A stretch of 64,000 nucleotides of DNA, taken from assembly GCA_021777355.1 (NCBI GenBank), contig JAJYDO010000003.1, forward strand, positions 8,332 through 72,331, written 5' to 3'. The stretch comes from Actinomycetes bacterium (GTDB lineage Bacteria; Actinomycetota; Acidimicrobiia; Acidimicrobiales; JABEUL01). The notes below the pieces were generated by a model. The model saw nothing but the letters and a program-made list of their open reading frames with translations, did not search any database and was not told the DNA's origin. A program made the translations under genes and the position numbers. This document shows, piece after piece, positions 7,445 through 15,381 of the stretch (its first letter is position 1; each line of letters begins with the position of its first letter).

Positions 7445-8683
7445 TTATTTGAGTTGATACGTTACGGCCAATAATCCATTTGGGTAATTGTTGGCTAAAA
7501 TCACGCAGGTATTTACTGTGGTGCAGCTTACGCCTGGAAGGTAGTAGTCCCCTACCGCAACGGATTCCCAGTTACTTCCATCCGAGGTGGCAAAGATTTG
7601 GGGGTATCCATCACCTCTCTGTCCTACTGCCATGCATGCTTGAGATGATGAACAGCTGACCGATGCCAAGTATCCCTGGTTAAGTGAAGATAAAGGCAAA
7701 TCATTTCGTGGTGGCGGAAGTGATGGAATTGTAAGCGAGACATTTGACCAGCTGTTTCCTCCGTCAAATGAATTTAGGAGAAATGTAGTAAAGCCGGCCA
7801 CACCCTCCGGCGATTCCCCGCCAACTGCGAGACACATTGTTGACGATTGACAAGTTAAAGTGAAAACCGGATCTCCCCAAATGCCACCCGGATTTTCTTG
7901 GCTCCAAGTGAGGCCAAAATTATTGGAAACCAATATGTAAGGATCTGATGTGTCCCCGCCGAACAAGCAAAACCCACTTGATACGCAGCTTACCCCTACC
8001 CCACCTTGATCTAAGCCATGTAGTCCTTTTGTTGATACCTCATGCCAAGAATTACTTTCAGATTCCTCAAGAATAATTCCACTGTTATTTTGGTTCAGGC
8101 CTGTTGCGACACAGTGGCTGCCAGAACACGACACTGATTTAATGAAGCTGAGATCTGGCGACAACTTATCATTAAGCCAAACGCCATTTATTAGATTGCC
8201 ACTTAGAATGACTCCTTGGGGCATTTGACCATGCGGGTAATACGTTCCCGCATATCCATGAGACACCACAGGAGACGACCCTACTGCAACACAGAATGAG
8301 AGTGATGTGCAAGATATTGCAGATATTGGTCCAACTTGCGGTGGAAGCGTGGCTGTAGTCCACTTTGGATAAGTCGTGGCATTTGACGTGATAATGCCAT
8401 ATTCCAAACCTCCGACTTGATCATTCCCAGTGGCCACACATTCTCGAGGAGTTAAACAATCGATCGCACCTAAGTTTTCGTAAGAGGTTCCCGTTGTGTC
8501 AATGAGGTTGGTGCCAGTTAGCTTCCATTGTTGTTGATTTGAAGGACCATGGGGAGATCCATTTGTCGACGAGGTGACAGTTATCAAGATTGCAACTACA
8601 AGAAATAAGGCTAGGACAACCACCAAAGCTTTTATTCGAGAAGAGAGCCTTCTTGCACTTGGGCCTAATTGCAGTTGTACCAT
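7445..8683 (-). CDS. Membrane-anchored or secreted beta-propeller protein with Asp-box (BNR) motifs and seven Cys-X5-7-Cys repeats
   Basis: The N-terminal hydrophobic anchor is ALVVVLALFLVVAILITV. The seven repeats are IDCLTPRECVATG, ISCTSLSFCVAVG, VSCSGSHCVATG, VSCVSSGFCLFGG, LTCQSSTMCLAVGG, VSCSSSQACMAVG and VSCTTVNTCVILA. Asp-boxes include SNNFGLTWS, SFDGGNSWS and TSDGSNWES. Confidence 0.75.
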   Translation of the reverse strand: MVQLQLGPSARRLSSRIKALVVVLALFLVVAILITVTSSTNGSPHGPSNQQQWKLTGTNLIDTTGTSYENLGAIDCLTPRECVATGNDQVGGLEYGIITSNATTYPKWTTATLPPQVGPISAISCTSLSFCVAVGSSPVVSHGYAGTYYPHGQMPQGVILSGNLINGVWLNDKLSPDLSFIKSVSCSGSHCVATGLNQNNSGIILEESESNSWHEVSTKGLHGLDQGGVGVSCVSSGFCLFGGDTSDPYILVSNNFGLTWSQENPGGIWGDPVFTLTCQSSTMCLAVGGESPEGVAGFTTFLLNSFDGGNSWSNVSLTIPSLPPPRNDLPLSSLNQGYLASVSCSSSQACMAVGQRGDGYPQIFATSDGSNWESVAVGDYYLPGVSCTTVNTCVILANNYPNGLLAVTYQLK

Positions 8684-8754
8684 TTATCCGTAGACCCTCC
8701 TGCGTATCGCCAAATTGGAAAATGTTCGCGAATCTAAATCATAGACTCATTTGA

Positions 8755-8936
8755 CGATGTCTGGTAGGAGAATTGCTCAACGAGGTATTTTCAACGGATT
8801 TTCCTGCGGCCGGGTCTTTTGATAGTGACATCTTGCACCCATAGCTCAAACGGTAGATATTGTCGATGGCAAAAAAGCAAGTGAGAGGATACTCCATGAA
8901 ATCTTGCTCGAAGGAGAGATGTTAGTTAAGACATGA
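8755..8936 (+). pseudogene. Remnant of a minimal nucleotidyltransferase (MNT) antitoxin gene, frameshifted and shortened
   Basis: One frame reads ...GELLNEVFSTDFPAAGSFDSDILHP* (8755-8844), a degenerate form of the GS...SDIDL region. A different frame reads VDIVDGKKASERILHEILLEGEMLVKT* (8853-8936), a typical MNT C-terminus. Its TGA overlaps the HEPN ATG as ATGA. Confidence 0.4.
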
Positions 8937-9325
8937 GTTCAAAGTCCTCGCTTATATTGACCGACTTGAGAGAAGCCGTCGGTTTTCTAACTGACGTGAC
9001 TTCGAAGCCGCCGGATATCTATATGCGTGCTGCAGCAATCCAGGCTTTTGAGATTTGCTTTGAACTCTCTTGAAAGTACTTGCAGTGGCGGCTGTTGGAA
9101 TCAGGCCTCCAAGTGAACTCTCCGCGAGCTGCATTTCGGGAGAGTGGAAAAGCTGGGCTATTGGACAATGTTGAAAATTGGTTGCACTATATGGAAACAC
9201 GCAATTTGACAATATATACTTTTCAGAGCCAATTAGCTCAAGAGATCTATGGGACAATTAAGGATTCATTTCTCCAAAGCATTCAAGAGCTAATTGCCTT
9301 AGATGATGATTCCCGGGAAATTTGA
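8933..9325 (+). pseudogene. HI0074-type HEPN (nucleotidyltransferase substrate-binding) toxin gene with an in-frame TGA and a mutated R-x4-H motif
   Basis: Translation: MSSKSSLILTDLREAVGFLTDVTSKPPDIYMRAAAIQAFEICFELS*KYLQWRLLESG...WLHYMETRNLTIYTF.... The TGA at 9071-9073 falls where the family has the Trp of the FE..ELAWK block. The expected RNxxxH reads RNLTIY. Confidence 0.7.
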
Positions 9326-9576
9326 TCTTAGATTGCCGAGTGGCCAAATAGTGTAGCTTTGCCGCTCTGGTAGCGGTTACTCAGTTATCCGGCAAGCATT
9401 ACGTCTGGTTCGGTGTTTGGCTGGGACTCAATTGCTAATTTGAATTCACTTTAAAGCTTGAGAATTTGTCAAATGCATATAAAACAGTTCAATGTAGACA
9501 TCAACAGTGGATCGCAAAATTCCCTAGAGCATGAACAGTAACTTTGGAGTACAGATTGAAGCACCAAGACTAAGTC

Positions 9577-9591
9577 TTTTTTTTTTTTTTT
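9577..9591. repeat. Homopolymeric T15 tract
   Basis: Fifteen consecutive T residues in the ORF-poor region 9326-10080, about 500 bp upstream of the secreted-protein gene at 10099. Confidence 0.95.
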
Positions 9592-10098
9592 AAGTTTCTG
9601 GAAGAATCAAATAAAGTATTGTTATGTTCACACTTTTTATGGCGAACCGCTTTAACTAGCAGGTAATACAGTTGAAATGTGCTTGTATTTCTTATATGAT
9701 CGTAGTAGCAACTTAATAAAGAGGCTAGCGAGGAGATGCAATGGCTGTTATTTTACAATGCTGGCAGTTTTTCAAATTGGAATCCTCTTTTGTTTTTATA
9801 ACTAGGTCAATGTTTTCAAAGAGCATTTTGGATTATAATTCTTCACCCGAGGCATTCTTGTCGGCCACCATTCACAGTTCTTATTCATACGAACTATCTT
9901 CGGCTAATAATTTGGGAGGAAAATGGACCTCTCATTTGCCCTTTAATCATAAGACGACAGGTGTAGATCCCACGCCAGTCAATGCTCCTAAAGTTATTTG
10001 GCTACTTGGGACACTAAAATGGTCTATACAAATGCAAAGTTTCCCGAAGTCAAGTCCACATTTGATAGATACCAGTAGATATGATGGGAGTCTCTAAA

Positions 10099-10831
10099 AT
10101 GAAAAAGAAGTTAATTCCAATAATTGTCGTACTGGCGATTTTAACTCTCGCCTTCTTGAGTGCAAAGTCCTACTTAAACGTATCTCGATCTAGTTCCTTG
10201 GTGAAAACTAACGCTTCTTTAATTAGCACCTCAAATAGCGACATAAACTCCTTCTGCAAAAATAGCCAAGAATATCTAATCACGTATCCGCACTCTCCAT
10301 TTTGGACTTGGGTAGATAATGAGTGCCATAGCAGCGCGGCAATTACATCGTTGCTGGCAGGTGAAGCCAAAGGGATAGGAATGATGTGTGCCTATGCTCG
10401 CCACGTCATAACTTCTACTCCAAGCAGCCAGGTCAGCAACCAGGAGAAAATATATGCAAATGCATGTATAAAGCCCTCTACAGTTCCTCCACCGGTTGAC
10501 AATGTAATTACACCAGATTTGCAACCAGGAGCCCCACTTAACATGTATGACTCAAATGCATGGCAAGGCACAATAAATGGTCAAAACCTCACAGTTTTTT
10601 GCCGGCATTGTTGGGGCGGGCAATGGCCAAGGTGAGTATCCAAACGACTCCACAACAGGCGATATCACAACTTGGTCGAACACCACATCTCATGTGATTA
10701 ATTCTGCTCAACTTCCAGGCAGTGGCATGTTGACAATCGAATCTTATAGCGGAGATACATTGGCGCTAAAATCAGCTTTTGGGAAGTCCTATACATTCAA
10801 TATAGTTAATGGCGTTCTAAGCGCATCATAG
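10099..10831 (+). pseudogene. Secreted or anchored hypothetical protein split into two frames at a T6 run
   Basis: MKKKLIPIIVVLAILTLAFLSA is a signal/anchor, with GGGAG 9 nt upstream of ATG 10099. Frame 1 ends at 10635. The +1 frame continues ...FAGIVGAGNGQGEYPNDSTTGDITTW... to 10831. The switch maps to TTTTTT at 10595-10600. Confidence 0.55.
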
Positions 10832-10861
10832 GAAACATACACAGATAACAAAGGGACAAAG

Positions 10862-11893
10862 TTGAAAATTAGAGCTCAAGTATTTATCATTACGGCAGTG
10901 GTATTGGTCCTGTTGCAAGGTTGTGGGAGCTCAAAACAGGTAACAACAACTACTCACCCTCCCTCGGTAGTGTTTTCACCAATTAACGATGTTTCTGGAA
11001 ATATAAGCGGATACCTGCCTTTTGGCCTAGCCTGCAGCTCAGAGTACTACTGCCTAGCCATAACAAGGTCGGCGCTTTCAGATTCGAGCCAGCCAAATCC
11101 CCTTAATGGACCCTCAACACTCATAACAACAACTAATGGTTGGAAGACTTCGTCGAAAGTTAATGAACCTGGCATGATAACTATGATCTCATGTGTCTCA
11201 AGTTCAACTTGTATTCTTCTTTTACAAGAAGGCGTAATTCAGTACGCAACGTATACAGCTGCTAACACAAGTGAGATGATACAAGGCCAAGTCGTAAATG
11301 GCGAGTGGGCCTTTTCCTCGCCTATAACTCTCCCGGCGACGATGTCTTACGAGTTTACTTGTTTAGAGACTTCTAGATGTCTCCTAATTACCCCTCAGGA
11401 AGAAGTTCAACTTAGTACTGACAGCGGCAAGACTTGGCAAAAGGAAATCACTCTACCGTCTGGCTACAGGCCTCTTCAAATTACCTGTCCTTTAAGTTCG
11501 GCCGATTGCTTTGTACTTTTGCAGTCAACAAGTTCAGGCGGGACATTATTTGAAGTTTCGACAGACGGTGGTTTGACTTGGAAGACGGAAAATTCTTCAA
11601 AAAAACTTCCCGCAATTTATGTTTCTTGTTTGAACATTAATTTTTGCGTGGCAGTTGTCACGGTGGTAATTTCACCGGGTGGCTACCAACTTTACACTTC
11701 CAATGATTTCGGGAAATCTTGGAGCATGGAAAAGACTTCTCCTCCCATAGGGACCATATTTGACTTTGCATGCAGCTCAGATACTTTGTGCTTTGCAGGA
11801 GGTTCTTCCCTTGATGCTATTTCGCTGTCTTTATCAAATTCAGCAAAAGTGACACAATTAGCTAAAACGAAATTGCATCAGTACGGCAGTTAG
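10862..11893 (+). CDS. Lipoprotein paralog of the Cys-pair/Asp-box propeller family
   Basis: Signal peptide with lipobox: VVLVLLQGC-GSS. Repeats are LACSSEYYCLAI, ISCVSSSTCILL, FTCLETSRCLLI, ITCPLSSADCFVL, VSCLNINFCVAV and FACSSDTLCFAGG. Asp-boxes are STDSGKTWQ, STDGGLTWK and SNDFGKSWS. The start codon is TTG. Confidence 0.7.
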   Translation: MKIRAQVFIITAVVLVLLQGCGSSKQVTTTTHPPSVVFSPINDVSGNISGYLPFGLACSSEYYCLAITRSALSDSSQPNPLNGPSTLITTTNGWKTSSKVNEPGMITMISCVSSSTCILLLQEGVIQYATYTAANTSEMIQGQVVNGEWAFSSPITLPATMSYEFTCLETSRCLLITPQEEVQLSTDSGKTWQKEITLPSGYRPLQITCPLSSADCFVLLQSTSSGGTLFEVSTDGGLTWKTENSSKKLPAIYVSCLNINFCVAVVTVVISPGGYQLYTSNDFGKSWSMEKTSPPIGTIFDFACSSDTLCFAGGSSLDAISLSLSNSAKVTQLAKTKLHQYGS

Positions 11894-12354
11894 ATTATCG
11901 GCACGCAGCCGGGGTTTTCTTGTCCTTCCAATCAGTTTTGCTACCTTAGTGACTCTTCGGGAACTTCGGGATTTCAAATCGATAAAGTGAGTTTTACTTT
12001 GCTTGGATCGAGAACTTAAAGTGATAGGTTAACTTTTTTTTCTTTGCTTTTGATCTTAAAAGGCCAGGTGGTGCTAATTGATATTGGTTCAATTTTGCCA
12101 ACATCTTATGTGGAGATCACTGACATTGGATTTACATCTGAATGGGCGAGTTTAGTTCTTAATGTCAATTTAGCAACACTTGCACGCTAAATAATCAAGT
12201 TAATTGTGCAAAAGCACAAGCAGTTTTGACAGTAGATCGCATGGCATTGTCTTTTCGCATTTTCAAAAGTAAAGGCAATGTTAAATAAACCATGTCGTGA
12301 CTAGGCATATTTGGTAGTGTTTTAGGCAGAAATTTAATTGAGTGAGGAGTAGTT

Positions 12355-13686
12355 TTGGCGGCATGCCCGACTTGCAATACCCAGATAGCATTTGGCGAGC
12401 TTGCCTGCCCATACTGCGGCAGACAAGTAACTGAATCTGGTCCGGAAATCGAGGGCTTGGCTAATGAAGTTTCCTCTGAAAGTGCTAACACTAATGATTC
12501 CTCTGAAAACCAAAGTCGTTCCAATCCCTTTGCGCCACCTGGGCAAAGTGGGTGGAATCCGCCAAATCAGCCGCCAGCGGGTGGATACAATACGCCTCCT
12601 CCTTTCACTCCAGGCTATGGTTATCCAAATATGCCTTTCCAGGGTGCATCTATGCCGCCACAAGGTCCGATTCCTCCGTATCCGTATGGATCCCCTTATG
12701 GTTACCCATACGGACAAATGCCTCTCCCAACTTCCACATGCGGCCTAGCTATTGCATCGCTGGTGTGCGGAGTGCTTTGGCTCTACTGGGCTGGCGCGAT
12801 TCTTGCAATCATTTTTGGAATAGTTGCACTAGGTCAAATATCTAGATCCAATGGGAGACTCCAAGGAAGAGGACTAGCTATAGCTGGAATAGTTCTTGGA
12901 ACCATTGAATTACTTATTGCAATATTTTTAATTATTGTTATCATTATTGCCGCCCACGCCACCCAGATAAACCAGCCAGGCTCATCTGGTTCCGGGAACT
13001 CTCCTTCTCCTACTTACCCGCCATCTAATCCCACCACCTCAGTTGCGCCAAGCCTTCTTCCACCTGGCGGGTATTCGCCGGTTCCGGCATCAAATGCTTG
13101 TCCTCCTTCAATTTCCAATGTTGCCAGAAAGACTGTATTTTCATCAGCTCCGCCAATGCTGATTGACACTACAAAAACTTATTACGCAAATTTTCAAACC
13201 GATGTCGGTGACTTTAAAATAGCCCTAGACCCTGCACAATCCCCGGTGACGGTCAATAACTTTGTTTTCTTATCTTGCTACCACTATTACGACGGAACAA
13301 TTTTTCATCGTGTAATTCCTGACTTCATGAATCAAGGAGGCGACCCGAATGGGAATCCGCCGGGAATGGGTGGCCCGGGATACACTATCCCTGACGAGTA
13401 TCCAAAAGGCTCGCAGAATTCCTCACCCTATGCGGCCGGACAGATTGCAATGGCAAATACCGGCGCCGGCAATTCAGGGGGAAGCCAGTTCTTCATAGTT
13501 GCCTCAGCCGATGGAGCTAACACCTTGGATAAAGACATAGATGTCCCAGGTGCCGAGCCTTACACAATTTTTGGGTCGTTAGTAAATGGAATGGACACCG
13601 TATTAAAAATAAATAACGACGGATCAGCATCTGGGACTCCTAAAGTCACCCATAAGCTTGAGCAAGTTACGATTACTTCTAGTTAG
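12355..13686 (+). CDS. Membrane-anchored cyclophilin-type peptidyl-prolyl isomerase with an N-terminal zinc ribbon and a DUF4190-like TM hairpin
   Basis: The zinc ribbon is CPTCNTQIAFGELACPYCG. It is followed by a Pro/Gly/Tyr-rich linker and two TM helices (GLAIASLVCGVLWLYWAGAILAIIFGIVALG and GLAIAGIVLGTIELLIAIFLIIVIII). The C-terminal cyclophilin blocks are FHRVIPDFMNQGGDP and MANTGAGNSGGSQFFIV. Confidence 0.85.
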   Translation: MAACPTCNTQIAFGELACPYCGRQVTESGPEIEGLANEVSSESANTNDSSENQSRSNPFAPPGQSGWNPPNQPPAGGYNTPPPFTPGYGYPNMPFQGASMPPQGPIPPYPYGSPYGYPYGQMPLPTSTCGLAIASLVCGVLWLYWAGAILAIIFGIVALGQISRSNGRLQGRGLAIAGIVLGTIELLIAIFLIIVIIIAAHATQINQPGSSGSGNSPSPTYPPSNPTTSVAPSLLPPGGYSPVPASNACPPSISNVARKTVFSSAPPMLIDTTKTYYANFQTDVGDFKIALDPAQSPVTVNNFVFLSCYHYYDGTIFHRVIPDFMNQGGDPNGNPPGMGGPGYTIPDEYPKGSQNSSPYAAGQIAMANTGAGNSGGSQFFIVASADGANTLDKDIDVPGAEPYTIFGSLVNGMDTVLKINNDGSASGTPKVTHKLEQVTITSS

Positions 13687-13835
13687 ACTTCAAAAAAGGT
13701 CGAGCTTATATCTCAATATGTGCAGTCTTGAGACATGCCTTATAACTTTAAACTCTCCAAGGGCTTAAGAAACTATTGGCAACTCGGCCACTGATTAATA
13801 GTTCGATAAACACTTGCTTGTTTTCAGCCACATTT

Positions 13836-14252
13836 TCATTTCAAATTTTTCCTGCCACTATTTTTTGCAACTGCTGCGAGTGAAAGAACCGCCAATATTG
13901 ACTCTGAAATAATTGCAGCCATTCCAAATTTGGATATACCTGGCTCGATAAAGCCAAATATTCCCTGTGGCAAGTAAAGGGCCAGTCCATATCCGCCAAG
14001 AAGGCAAAGGGCAAATGCAGTAAAGATTAGGTGGAATACCCTGAATCGAAATATCGAATGTGCTATGACTGCAACAACTCCGAAAATCGACGCAAGAATA
14101 AATCCTATTCCGACCTTTGGAATGAATCGGTAACCATAGTGCCACCAAAGATATATATGAACCCCCGCAATCATAAGGACCAACAAATCCTGTGCCATAC
14201 CCAGAAACACTCGGTTATCACGGGAAAAGAGGCTTTTCATTTGATTTCTCAC
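13836..14252 (-). CDS. Hypothetical 4-TM membrane protein
   Basis: 138 aa with four clear hydrophobic helices. I recognise no family motif. Confidence 0.45.
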   Translation of the reverse strand: MRNQMKSLFSRDNRVFLGMAQDLLVLMIAGVHIYLWWHYGYRFIPKVGIGFILASIFGVVAVIAHSIFRFRVFHLIFTAFALCLLGGYGLALYLPQGIFGFIEPGISKFGMAAIISESILAVLSLAAVAKNSGRKNLK

Positions 14253-14525
14253 AATACTTTGCTCATTCTAATGAACTTCGATAAAAATGTGGCCTTCTCC
14301 CGTATTTTTCTATCTCCCATTCGCTTGATAGGCAAACAGTTTGAAACGGATTTGACTCTCAATGGAAACTAAAAGAAATAATTTCTGGCAAATAAAATTG
14401 AGTAGAAACTAAGTAGCAATTAGCTCTCAGAGTGATAGTGAAGATCGCAGATCCATATTCGCCTCTGCTTTTAGAAAACTCTTTGGGCTCGCATATTATT
14501 CAAGTTTAAAGATATGTGACTAAAA

Positions 14526-15380
14526 CTAGGCCTTGCCTTGGCTTTTAGCCACGGAGGTTAAAAGACTGGGTCTATCTGAGATAATCCCATCCACGCCAAG
14601 AGCCATTAATTCGCGCATCTCCTCTTCTTCGTCAATTGTCCAGACATGAACCGCTACTCCAACTTCATGCGCATAAGATACAAATGCCTCATCAACCACA
14701 GTAATATCCCCATAACGATGGGGCACTTGAAGAGCTACATAGCTCACAGATTCAATATCGTGGCCGCCATGAGCAGACCGGTAGAAATCGGCAGTGGCTA
14801 ATGTTCCCGCCGATACTGCGATCTCGGGAGCAAATTTGGCAAAAGCATCTGTTGCGCTATCAAGAAATGAAGCAACTATTACGTCGTCTGTCCTCTTGCA
14901 GCTTCTCAGTAGTATTGCAAGGAGTTCTTCGTAAGGTTCAACCTGCGGAGCAATCTGTTTAATATCGAGATTAAGTATCACTCCGGGAAATGTCTCAATT
15001 ACTTCTCTTAAAGTAGCTATGCCATAGCGGGGGTCTCCCGGAGCTTTGCCTCTCCATGCGTAATCACTATCGCTTTTTCCTGTTCCTTCTCTTGCATTGG
15101 GAACAAACCAGTAAGCATTATCCATTTCTTTCAACTCGGCAAGTGAAAAAGATGAAATGGGACCTTTTGAATTTGTTGTTCGATCAACCGATGCGTCATG
15201 GCATACTACGAGCTCTCGATCCTTGGTTGCATGGACATCTAACTCAATCGCATTTGCGCCGTTTGAAATGGCTTGGTCAATGGCAGCCAATGTAGATGAA
15301 GCCCCTTCAAGGGCTCCCCCTTGGTGGGCATATATTAAAAAGGGCTTGCTTAGCCAAGGGTTCCCAGACCTACCTTCCAT
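14526..15380 (-). CDS. Glycerophosphodiester phosphodiesterase (GDPD family)
   Basis: Motifs YAHQGGALEGASSTLAAI...NAIELDVHATKDRELVVCHD and the C-terminal GVDGIISDRP are typical of the GDPD family. Confidence 0.85.
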   Translation of the reverse strand: MEGRSGNPWLSKPFLIYAHQGGALEGASSTLAAIDQAISNGANAIELDVHATKDRELVVCHDASVDRTTNSKGPISSFSLAELKEMDNAYWFVPNAREGTGKSDSDYAWRGKAPGDPRYGIATLREVIETFPGVILNLDIKQIAPQVEPYEELLAILLRSCKRTDDVIVASFLDSATDAFAKFAPEIAVSAGTLATADFYRSAHGGHDIESVSYVALQVPHRYGDITVVDEAFVSYAHEVGVAVHVWTIDEEEEMRELMALGVDGIISDRPSLLTSVAKSQGKA

Positions 15381-15381
15381 T

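Noticed and set aside
9071-9073. TGA at a conserved Trp position of the HEPN gene could indicate TGA-to-Trp recoding
   Set aside because: TGA terminates many well-defined genes in this window, including metG, the MgtE_N-CBS gene, ctaE and the GT4 gene. The same gene also has a second lesion (RNxxxH to RNLTIY) and a scrambled partner. A pseudogene is the simpler reading.
9741-10097. 118-aa ORF in the ORF-poor region
   Set aside because: It has no ribosome-binding site, motifs, signal peptide or TM segment. Its composition looks non-coding. It overlaps the better-supported start of the secreted-protein gene.
12053-12074. ATCTTAAAAGGCCAGGTGGTGC partially resembles the 28-bp repeat junction (ATTTTAAAAAGGCAAGTTGTCGC) and could mark the other end of an inserted element
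   Set aside because: The match is only about 17 of 23 positions and needs an indel. Both sequences are AT-rich low-complexity. No integrase or tRNA is nearby. The match is too weak to call att sites.
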